Shown here one piece after another: positions 54,086-64,000 of a DNA stretch of 64,000 bases; within the stretch, counting starts at the first letter, position 1, and each line of letters begins with the position of its first letter. The notes beneath the pieces are model-generated. The model searched no databases, was not told the origin of the DNA, and saw nothing but the letters and a program-made list of their open reading frames with translations. The position numbers and the translations under genes were made by a program. Origin of the DNA: Podarcis gaigeae (lineage: Eukaryota); the NCBI GenBank assembly GCA_964106915.2, contig OZ066920.1. One strand, 5' to 3'.

Positions 54086-55807
54086 AATAGCAGCTACCAA
54101 TTAAAATCTGCAGTGAGCTGGTTTAGCCATAACACTATGAGGCCGCTCTGGCAACCCACTAACTGCCACTCTGCCATACAACCTGCAAAGTAAATCCTAT
54201 ACCTGCTTCCCTGCCCCTCTTATTCTCTCCCTTTCCTGACCCTCAGATAATATCATCTTACGGAAGACCAGAAATCAACCAAGCATCCTTCAAAGTTTAA
54301 GGCATGATGACTCCACATGGTACAGGTGTGCCGGTGCAGCAACTTTCACTACATTTTCATATTTTCTACAATTTGCACTAATGCAATGCAATTAAAAGTA
54401 TGACAACTATGAGAGCAGCCCCTTCCCACAGATTGCTCATAATGTGCTTTAAGCAGCAACCCACACACCTACTTACCCATAATTCTCTATGTGCTGTGTT
54501 AGTAAAAACTGTGATGATACTACTACACGGGCATAAGAGATGGGTATAAGAGATGACTACTGTTAGCAATTTTAAGCCAGTCATAATAATTAATTATAGC
54601 AATGATCTGTAATTATTACACACAATGCAATAAAGAGTCCTGCATCTTGAAAGCTGTGCAAAAATCGCCCCATAATAATAAAAAAGAAAATTATGGTGGT
54701 CAAGGTTGTTTCCCCTCTGCCACACCTTTAAAAAATCTTTTACCAGGAATGTTAAGAAACTATGAAAAGGGCTTTTAAAAATGTACACATTTTTCTAAAT
54801 TTGTTCTTACACGTTTGACAAAAACTGAGTACCTGTACTGTGATGGCTGAATCACACCTAGGCATTTCAGCATGTGCCTTACATTACTATTTCAAGATTC
54901 TTTATTTTGCACAATGGGTACCACAATATTTTCAACAAATAAGCTGGCAAACAAATAAAGATGTTGGTTACTGGTTTACCCTGTCAATTTTTTTTATTGC
55001 ATTTAAGAAAATGAAACAAAATGTTCCTCTGATCACTAACCTTCTAATGCCAAATTAACTCTGTTGCAATTTTGAGGGTAACAAGAACAAATTCTGCACA
55101 TTCTCTCACCCTTCTCACATCTAAAAAAGATTACTTACAAAAAAAGTTTTGATAAAGTACTTGCCGACTGAAAGTAGATATATAAGATTTCAGCTCTGCA
55201 TAGGGGCATTACTTGCATATTTTATGTAAAATCTAATATGAGTTTCAAATATTGGTGTATGACACAGTTAAACTTTCATCAGCAAAATAAAAAAAATACT
55301 TTGTTTTTTAAGTAAAACCCATCACCAAAACTACTTTTTCCATACTCATCTTAAATAATAATTCTTTCTAGTAGTCAATCCTGTCTTTCTCCTTAAACTA
55401 AAAAATATTCCTAGGACTATGACGTACCTCATGTACTAAACAGTGAAATAAAGTATGTAAAGTATGTAGGGAGTCTGTAATTATGATGGCAATGATCTCT
55501 CATGCAACGTGAGTCAACTCCCAAAGCCATGTTTGATGACCCAGACAGGCCACTGCCCTGGAAATTCCCACAAAAGGACACACCACTAAGATGATATCTG
55601 GGAAGCAGACTGTATTTTGGATTACACTACTATGATTTGGATACAAGAGTAGGAAACACATAAAAATTGCACTTGAGAACTGGGACATCCACCATGGAAA
55701 GAGAGCTTTGAAACATCAGTGACCTCATACCTGACATAAAGAGACAACCTCTTCTCATCCCCCCCTCCAAAAATCTGAAATGTAAACGATGGCACAACAC
55801 AACATCA

Positions 55808-56594
55808 TGACAAACAAGATGAATTTTAACAGGGAGATATGTAAAGTACTGCACTTGGGCAAAAAAAATGAGAGGCACAAATACAAGATGGGTGACACCT
55901 GGCTTGAGAGCAGTACATGTGAAAAGGATCTAGGAGTCTTGGTCGACCGCAAAATTGACATGAACCAACAGTGTGACGCAGCAGCTAAAAAAGCCAATGC
56001 AATTCTGGGCTGCATCAATAGGAGTATAGCATCTAGATCAAGGGAAGTAATAGTGCCACTGTATTCTGCTCTGGTCAGACCTCACCTGGAGTACTGTGTC
56101 CAGTTCTGGGCACCACAGTTCAAGAAGGACACTGACAAACTGGAACGTGTCCAGAGGAGGGCAACCAAAATGGTCAAAGGCCTGGAAACGATGCCTTATG
56201 AGGAACGGCTAAGGGAGCTGGGCATGTTTAGCCTGGAGAAGAGGTTAAGGGATGATATGATAGCCATGTTCAAATATATAAAAGGATGTCACATAGAGGA
56301 GGGAGAAAGGTTGTTTTCTGCTGCTCCAGAGAAGCGGACACGGAGCAATGGATCCAAACTACAAGAAAGAAGATTCCACCTAAACATTAGGAAGAACTTC
56401 CTGACAGTAAGAGCTGTTCAACAGTGGAATTTGCTGCCAAGGAGTGTGGTGGAGTCTCCTTCTTTGGAGGTCTTTAAGCAGAGGCTTGACAACCATATGT
56501 CAGGAGTGCTCTGATGGTGTTTCCTGCTTGGCAGGGGGTTGGACTCGGTGGCCCTTGTGGTCTCTTCCAACTCTATGATTCTATGATTCTATGA
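55808..56594 (+). mobile_element. Young 5'-truncated CR1 LINE (ORF2 C-terminus open, 3' UTR and octamer tail intact)
   Basis: ORF 55789..56514 contains KMNFNREICKVLHLG, EKDLGVLVD, LYSALVRPHLEYCVQFWAP, LERVQRRATKM and WNLLP. Ends in ttccaactctatgattctatgattctatga. Confidence 0.96.
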
Positions 56595-57199
56595 CTGTTG
56601 GCAAAGATCTCTTTCCCTTTCCAGACCATGTGAGGAAATCATTCCACCTATTTAGTGCTAGGTTGCCATATCTCAACAGACACATAGTTGATAGTTTCTT
56701 TTAGGTTCATAAAGGCCTGCCACTCCCTTCTCCTTAGGAAAAGAAATCTATGCACCTCAAAGTGGACAGTTTGTGGATCAGTTAATGTACAATATCATAT
56801 TATTGTCTGGCATTAAGTTACTAAGCCTCAGGCTTACACACTCCCTTCTCCCCCTCTTGCATTCCATCTGGTTTGTTAACTTTCTGGTTTGCAGCACAAC
56901 ATAGTTTGCACTTGCCCTCCAAAACAGGATTGCAAACCAGCTTCAAATCATGATGAACCATCCTTGTTTGGACAGCAAATACAAACCAATTTACCAATTC
57001 AGATTCAACAGCACAGAATCAGTCTGCAATAGATCAGGAAGCTACTCCTTAAGGAGAGAATGAAAAGGGAGGTAAGAGTATAGAAACACAAGGCTTGCTC
57101 CCATAGTACCAAAACATGGCTGGCCATTATATATGAACTTACTGTACTTTGCCGACAATGGGACTGAATCCTTGGGCTCACCATGCATTACACAGAGTA

Positions 57200-57452
57200 C
57201 AGTGCTAACCTTGGTTTAAGAACAGCTTAGTTTATGAACAACTTGTATTAAAAATGCAGCAAACCTGGAAGTAGGTGTTTTGGTTTGTGAACTTTGCCTT
57301 GGAGTAAGAATATGTCTCGCTTCCTGTTGAGTGTGTTCCATTTGTAAATTGAGTCCCCCGCTGCTATGGGAAAGCACGCCTTGGTTTAACAACGCTTTTG
57401 TTTAAGTACGGACTTCCGGAACGGATTAAGTTGGTAAACCAATGTACCACTG
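57200..57452 (-). mobile_element. Older Tigger-like MITE (related to 14295-14535)
   Basis: Degenerate TIRs cagtgctaaccttggtt / aaccaatgtaccactg, with TA flanks. Confidence 0.8.
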
Positions 57453-57832
57453 TAATTGCATGCAATTAAAAAATGAAAAAAGATAACACACACAAACTAA
57501 GCACACATGCAGGGACTACTGTCAGTTATCATGTAACAAGACATGAAGTCAAGAAAACTAAGCAAAGCAAAGTCTCCTGGTAGAAACTATACAGTGATAT
57601 CTTGGTTCTCAAACTTAATCCATTCCAGAAGTCTGTTCCAAAACCAAAGCGTTCCAAAGCCAAGGTGCTCTTTCCCATAGAAAGTAATGCAAAACGGATT
57701 AATCCATTCCAGACTTTTAAAAACAACCCTAAAACAGCAATTTAACATGAACTTTACTATCTAACGGGACCATTGATCCATAACATGAAAGCAATAATCA
57801 ATGTATTGTACTACAAAATAAGTAAGACAGTA

Positions 57833-58312
57833 CAGTGGTACCTTGGTTTGCATACGTCTTGGTTTGCATACGTTCTGCATTACAAACACATCAAACCTGG
57901 AAGTGCGTGTTCCGGTTTTCAAACTTTTTTTTTTTTTTATTACAGTGGTACCTCGGGTTAAGTACTTAATTCATTCTGGAGGACCATTCTTAACCTGAAA
58001 CTGTTCTTAACCTGAAGCACCGCTTTAGCTAATGGGGCCTCCTGCTGCTGCCACACAATTTCTGTTCTCATCCTGAAGCAAAGTTCTTAACCTGAAGCAC
58101 TATTTCTGGGTTAGCAGAGTCTGTAACCTGAAGCATATGTAACCTGAAGCGTATGTAACCCGAGGTACCACTGTACAATGCATTTTTTTTGGATTACAAA
58201 CACATTTTTTTTGGGAGGCCCCATTGACCAAAGCACACCTTGGGTTACAACCTGTTTTGGTTTACAAAAGGACCTCCGGAACAGATTATGGTTGTAAACC
58301 AAGGTATCACTG
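57833..58312 (-). mobile_element. Tigger-like MITE (middle member of the nested trio)
   Basis: TA|cagtggtaccttggtttgca ... tgtaaaccaaggtatcactg|TA. Confidence 0.82.
57943..58173 (+). mobile_element. Tigger-like MITE (innermost and youngest)
   Basis: Perfect TIRs cagtggtacctcgggtta / taacccgaggtaccactg with TA TSD. Confidence 0.92.
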
Positions 58313-58401
58313 TAATGTACAGTAGATGACAGCATTTTTCTTACCTGCACTGATGATAGTCATTGTTTGGATGGGGGACTATTATCCATTTCTGCAGTCA
58401 C

Positions 58402-58402
<1 letters not shown>

Positions 58403-58432
<30 letters not shown>
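58403..58432. repeat. (CAAT)n microsatellite
   Basis: About 7 units. Confidence 0.9.
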
Positions 58433-58433
<1 letters not shown>

Positions 58434-58566
58434 AAAATGAAGAACAAGCCACAGTCACAAAAATGAAAAAGCCACACAAATAAAAACAAAAAATAGCAAA
58501 AACAAAAACACCAAATATAAGCTCCAAATATCACCTTTGAACACTGCAATTGGAAATGGAAGGCTC

Positions 58567-58752
58567 TGATTACAATTGGGGGTGGGGGGTGGGACGCAAA
58601 TTAGCAGTGCAACAGTGAAAACGGGAGGAAAAAAATGCCTTGATTACAATGGGGGATGCAAATTAGCAGCACAAGAGTGAAAATGGAAGGAAAAAAGCTT
58701 TGATTACAATGGGGGGGGGTGCAAATTAGCAGCGCAACAGTGAAAACGGAAG
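58567..58752. repeat. Minisatellite, 3 imperfect units of about 60-74 bp
   Basis: Units start at 58567, 58641 and 58701: tgattacaat-G(n)-gcaaattagcag..caacagtgaaaacgg. Confidence 0.85.
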
Positions 58753-60677
58753 CTCAGGAGCATGTTCATCTTCCGAAGTAAAGTTCGCAAACTCTGGGTT
58801 TGCAGTGTTCGAGTTCCAAGTTGTTTGGGAACTAAGCTGTTTGAAAACCAAGGTACCACTATATATTTATTGTCCAATTTATTGTCCAATTTCTATACAA
58901 CTCCCCAACAAATATCAGGGAAAAAACCCTCAAAGCTGGTTCTCTTTCAAATGGTATTGTTCTATTCTACAAAATATTGGTTAGTTGGCAGGGCTGAATA
59001 AAATTGCCCAGTCCCTGCATTTAACAGGCCAAACTTGTCAATAAGGTAACTAAGCAAAGAAACCTGAACCACTGATATCAGAGAAACAACATTTCTATTA
59101 CAAAAATAAATGAATATGATCAGTTCTCATCCTACCAGGGAATAGTTTTAATATATGGCAAAAAGGTTGTAACAGAAAATATGGTCTCTCAAAGCTCTTA
59201 GCACCTCCACTAAGAATAACTCAACGAGCCAGCAAAGCTTGCATAATATGATTAGTAGCTTCTAAGGGGGGAAAGTATAAAATTATGGAAGGATATGCAC
59301 AACCCATGAATGCATACAGGACAGACCATTAATGAGGAACTTCCAAGGAGACAGGTGAATCTCATTTCATAAGAAATGCTGAGAATTCAGAATTGTGATT
59401 GTAAGAATACTAGTACCAAGAAGGGGACAGACCAAACAGTTTTCTTCAACTCTTATATCTTGCAGAACAATTAGGTGGAATATAGGATGGATATATACAA
59501 TATAAGTAAATACCTCACTAAATTATATTGAAACTATGCTTGCTTACAGTATTAACTTTTTAGGTGCCCTGTAAATACTTTTCTTGTTCTTGAAACCTTG
59601 ATTCCCCCACCTGCTTATTAATTCTAAAATGTTCTCACAGCTTAATAAAAAACTGGAAAAGGTCAGATCCTATGAATCCAATGTCCTGTTTTATTATATC
59701 TCAGTGGATCATGAGGCAAACACCCTAAACACTCTCAGATCTCTAGGTCAGTTAAACCTGCTTCTGCTGCTTAAATGCAAAAACAGGGCACATGGTGCAT
59801 CAAACAACATGTAAGTACTCTTCTCTAACTAATTCCCAAATAAAAGCAAGCAAGAAACAAAAAGATGGTTCTTGTCTCCCCCTACTGGAAGTTCAGTAAT
59901 ACTTTGGAATAGAACCAAAAGTTGTTAGATGCCAGAATGTCAGCAAAATGGCTTCAGCCTATCTATACCCTGAATTCTTAAGCATCTATAGGTCTGTTCA
60001 CCTAGAGTGCATCTATGCATTACAGTCAACGTTACAACCAACATTTAAAAGAAAAATTCTACTGGGTTCTGTGAAGGTGAAACAAAACTTGTTCAAATGT
60101 GCAGAGCAAAAATGGAACCACAAAACACTGAGGTTGGGTTTAAAAAGCAGAAACAAATTATTCTAATAAGTACTTAGTCCACAATTTTAACCACACATAC
60201 CTGCGAGTAACCTCGCTGAATTCAATAGGACTTCTAAATAAATAAGTTTAGGATTACACTATAGATAACAAAATCCTCACACCCTCCAAAGGTACAGTAC
60301 AGTACAGTACAGTAAACAAATAAGCAGTGGCTCCGCTGAAATGAAGCAAATCTTTTCCACAGGCATCAGGTATGTGTACCAAATTTTTTTTAAAAAGAAA
60401 GTTTTGCTGTCATTGATTTCAATGGGTCTGCTCTGAGTAAGACAGAGGTTGGAAATTGCACCGAACTTTTTTATCCCAAACTCACCAAGTATTCCAAAGT
60501 AAACCCTTTTCAAGAAAGGTTTAGGTAAAGTGTGTTACTGTCTACCTGAAAGACTTCTTATCAAGATTACTTTGGCAATCTCCAGACCATTTTGGCAACT
60601 GACGTTTGAGGAAACAAAATTTTAAAGTAGACCAGTGCTCTGATTCCTGAAATATTTGCAATCAAGAAAAGTCTTAC

Positions 60678-60844
60678 CTTTGACGGTTCGTGTTCCTTTT
60701 CTTCATCAGACATAATATTGCTGTATGTACAAGAATCAGTGTCTGATATGTCCAAAGAAGTACCATCTGTTTTTGATTCACTGCGCTGGTCAACATTATC
60801 TTCACAATCGCTATCATTGTCCCAATCAATGGTGTGTGATTCAC
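60678..60844 (-). CDS. SPIDR: SPIDR internal coding exon (167 bp, phase 1 to 0; probably equivalent to human exon 5)
   Basis: Minus strand: acceptor tttatttccccttaAG|GTGAA and donor TCAAAG|GTAAGA. Encodes (G)ESHTIDWDNDSDCEDNVDQRSESKTDGTSLDISDTDSCTYSNIMSDEEKEHEPSK. The IDW..DSD and ISD..SC motifs resemble the acidic N-terminal region of SPIDR as I recall it. Splices in frame to the exon starting at 13011. Confidence 0.85.
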
Positions 60845-62333
60845 CTTAAGGGGAAATAAAAAACAGAAATATAAGAACAGACTTTTAAAAATGCTAACAT
60901 CCTCACAATTATCTTTCACATATGCCTAACTCTACATGCAATACATACACTTACAAATTTAACTGTTTATTGTAAAAACTGGTGGCAGACAAGACTAGCC
61001 CTTATATCCCAGAAAAGTATGTCATTCCAGAGTGGGAACATAATCCATACAGAGCTAGGGAAGCAATCTTTCTTACTAGCTTCGCTCTTAACAGAGTGAC
61101 GTGGAATTTTTTTTTGCAACCTCTTATTTCCACACCAGCAAAGCCTCACCTAGTAAATGTCTGTATTGGAAATAACACTAGGGAAAGCTGGGGTGGGAAG
61201 AGAGCATTGAGGTTGCAATCACGTGTAGAACACTTACTTATCTGAAGAACTATATAAAAATATGCCTATTAGTTATAAGTCTTCCCCAGTACTAAGCCAA
61301 AGTAACTGGATTAATCTTTCAGATGTCTAAAAAAGTAATTGATACATCTTAAGTGATAATGCATAACGGAAGACTTTTTGCAGAATGTATTTCTAGTCAA
61401 GCCTGCTCAAACAGTTGCTTTAAATGACCATCTTCAATGGAAAAGCACATTCAAAAAACCCTTGAGCAAATCAGCAGCACTTCTGAAAAGCTCCAATTCA
61501 ACAACATAAAATGAAGGGTTTCTTAAACAGTAGTATAAGAAAGAATAGACATGTCCTCAGAGATTAAAATGAACAGTGGAAAGTAACAATGTCATTCTGT
61601 AATGCATTAGAGAATAACATGCAAGTGATAAGACCATAGAACACAGATCTAGTATGTTTTTAACCATCTCCTCCAGATTTGTTCAGTGTTTACAGAAGCA
61701 GCAGGCAACATGTTTGACATTGAAAGTGCATGTTGTCAGATAAACAACAGTCAATAATCAGGAAAACAATCATTTCTTCTATTTCACTAAGAACAGTAGG
61801 AAAGTACAAAATGTTATTATTATCAGCTGTGCCTGACCTACTTACATTAGTGCAACATTTACTGAACTAATAAACAAATGCTGGGATTGCTTACTAAGGA
61901 AAGATGGCCATCTAGTGTTCCTTACAATAGCAGCAACAAAATAAATAGCATAGAGCAGTTACTATAGAGAAAATAAAGGCCTCTTCACACATTATTTCAA
62001 AAGAATACGGTAAAAGAAAAAAATGTATATTGTGTACCTAAACACTTAAAACAGGGGCTGCCACCTTTTGGGGCCTGTGGGCTCATTTACAAACTATGAT
62101 GGGCATCAGACAGAAACCACAACCAAGAATGCTTCTTTCAAGCCAAATTTCAGCAGTGTGAGGGGAAGAGATCCTGTGGGTACTAGGGGAGGTCTCTGCA
62201 GGCAGAGGTGAATCTGCAGGAGCTGCACTGGCAACACCTGATGTAAACTATGAATGCGAAAAAGAGGTATTTGAAAACCTATGTATCAGAAAGGTGACCT
62301 CATGAGAGACCAGGGATATGATACAACTTCCTG

Positions 62334-62336
<3 letters not shown>

Positions 62337-62402
<66 letters not shown>
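62337..62402. repeat. Compound (TA)n(CA)n microsatellite
   Basis: Read directly from the sequence. Confidence 0.95.
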
Positions 62403-62407
<5 letters not shown>

Positions 62408-62790
62408 CACTTTTCCAATCACAAGGAATTAGTACCCAAACCTCGCCATGCACCCTGCAGGTTTTGGTATCGAAACAGCCGGACTTGCATGCAGTACAGT
62501 AAACAAATAAGCAGCTTTAAGCAAGCCTTCCTTTTTGTGTTTTGCTGGTTTGTGGCAACTGTTTCCCCAGAAACCATGGTGGGAGTGGGGGAAGAGATCT
62601 TGTTTAAGGCTGCTTATTTCTTTACAGTAGGGGGGGGGGGGAGAGACTCAGTTCAGACACAATAGGGAACCAGAGTTTCCCACTCTTTGAAAAGCATGCA
62701 TATACTAGAATGCTCACCCCTCCACCTGTTCCCCATGCAAGAAAGAGGAGAACAAAAGCTTCCAGTCTTCAAATAACTACTATTTCTTGT

Positions 62791-63484
62791 AAACCCAGAT
62801 GCCAACTTTGATGCCACATACACCCGGACAACACCATTACTGGCCCCAACAACATCACACATACCATCTCGGGACTATTTAATTGCTCATCGTCTAACAT
62901 TGTGTATGCCATCAAATGCCAACAGTGTCCTTCAGCTCTCTATATTGGACAAACAGGCCAGACCTTACGCCAAAGAATAAATGGACATAAATCAGACATC
63001 AGGAATCACAAGACAGAGAAACCAGTAGGAGAACACTTCAATCTCCCAGGACATTCTATACAAGATCTCAAAGTAGCTGTTTTACTACAAAGGAATTTCA
63101 GAAATAGACTGGAAATAGAAGCTGCTGAATTACAACTTATCACCAAACTTAAAACCATGGAGAAACCTGGTCTGAACAAAGACCTTGGATTCTTATCTCA
63201 TTATACATGACAAAGCCATTTTTCACCTTTTCACCCCTTGCTTTTTCCTGTAAGACCTATTGCAGTCGTTAAGAGTCGTCAACAGGCTCATCACAGCTAT
63301 CTGCCAATCACCCATTCCCACCACCCTTCTGAGTAATACCCCTCCCCACCTTCTCACTATATAGAAGGGTCTGGAAACTTCTGTTTCAGTGTATCTGAAG
63401 AAGTGTGCATGCAAACGAAAGCTCATACCAAGAACTGACTTAGTTGGTCTTTAAGGTGCTACTGGAAGGAATTTTTTTTGTTTT
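62791..63484 (+). mobile_element. 5'-truncated Penelope-like retroelement (GIY-YIG endonuclease C-terminus plus 3' region)
   Basis: KPRCQL*CH...NCSSSNIVYAIKCQQCPSALYIGQTGQTLRQRINGH...HFNLPGH...E...GLN is a PLE-type GIY-YIG domain (VYAI/YIG, R, H, E, GLN). Perfect 13-bp TSD tactatttcttgt at 62778-62790 and 63485-63497. Confidence 0.92.
63391..63428 (+). ncRNA. Minimal type I hammerhead ribozyme motif in the Penelope 3' region
   Basis: GUAU (stem I) - CUGAAGA - A - GUGUGC AU GCAAAC (stem II, one mismatch) - GAAA - GC - UC (cleavage) - AUAC (stem I'). Confidence 0.7.
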
Positions 63485-63594
63485 TACTATTTCTTGTGGC
63501 ATCCCCAAATCACGGAACTGTGGTTTGTTTAACTACAGTTAGCAAGAATAAGCCAGAATCAAACCATGGTTTCAGACCTTCCCCCCCTCAGTAA

Positions 63595-63934
63595 AGGTAA
63601 AGGGACCCCTGACCAGTCGTGACCGACTCTGGGGTTGCGGTGCTCATCTTGCTTTATCGGCCGAGGGAGCCGGCGTATAGCTTCTGGGTCATGTGGCCAG
63701 CATGACTAAGCCGCTTCTGGCAAACCAGAGCAGCACACGGAAACGCCGTTTACCTTCCCGCCGGAGTGGTCCCTATTTATCTACTTGCACTTTGACGTGC
63801 TATTGAACTGCTAGGTTGGCAGGAGCAGGGACCGAGAAATGGGAGCTCACCCCGTCACGGGGATTTGAAACGCTGACCTTCTGATCGGCAAGTCCTAGGC
63901 TCTGTGGTTTAACCCACAGCGCCACCCGTGTCCC
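63595..63934 (-). mobile_element. Full-length Sauria SINE
   Basis: Reversed tail aggtaaagggacccc and reversed head cccacagcgccacccgtgtccc. Flanking duplication cctcagtaa. Confidence 0.93.
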
Positions 63935-64000
63935 CCTCAGTAACTTTAGCTTTATCCAGGGGTGGGGGACTTGATCATCACATATACAAAGCTCTTGGTC

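Larger units (their letters stand above)
57592..58861 (+). mobile_element. Larger Tigger-like non-autonomous element (outer member of a nested trio)
   Basis: TA|cagtgatatcttggttctcaaac ... gtttgaaaaccaaggtaccacta|TA (about 23-bp TIRs). Contains two nested MITEs, (AATC)n and a 3-unit minisatellite. Confidence 0.8.
13012..60677 (-). other. SPIDR: Large GT-AG intron of SPIDR (about 47.7 kb, includes an assembly gap)
   Basis: Lies between the phase-0 donor at 60677 and the phase-0 acceptor at 13012. No other SPIDR-like coding exon recognised inside. Confidence 0.8.

Noticed and set aside
55789-56514. Longest ORF (241 aa) as a host gene
   Set aside because: It is the C-terminal part of CR1 ORF2 with a CR1 3' tail, and the start codon comes from flanking DNA.
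62902-63210. GIY-YIG ORF as a homing endonuclease or a SLX1/UvrC-like gene
   Set aside because: It lies in a TSD-flanked, 5'-truncated Penelope-like element with an upstream in-frame stop.

Overview
This is eukaryotic, AT-rich, repeat-dense genomic DNA. The repeat content (Sauria/Squam1 and Squam3 SINEs, Bov-B, CR1, L2, Penelope, Tigger-like MITEs) points to a squamate reptile, probably a lacertid lizard. The whole window lies inside one minus-strand gene that I recognise as SPIDR (scaffold protein involved in DNA repair). Three internal coding exons (60844-60678, 13011-12755, 9186-9092) have canonical AG/GT sites and compatible phases, and are separated by introns of about 47.7 kb and 3.6 kb. 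The rest is intron. Nearly all ORFs in the supplied track are chance ORFs or transposon remnants. There is a 156-nt assembly gap at 53420-53575. I found no well-supported new protein-coding system. The most notable non-coding observations are: (i) a minimal hammerhead ribozyme motif in a TSD-flanked Penelope-like element; (ii) 13 related TA-target MITEs, all in the long intron, with almost perfectly alternating orientation; (iii) a triple-nested MITE; (iv) a solo LTR in the same orientation as SPIDR; (v) a SINE/Bov-B/SINE chimera; and (vi) a young inverted pair of Sauria SINEs. All family and gene names come from recalled sequence motifs, not from database searches.
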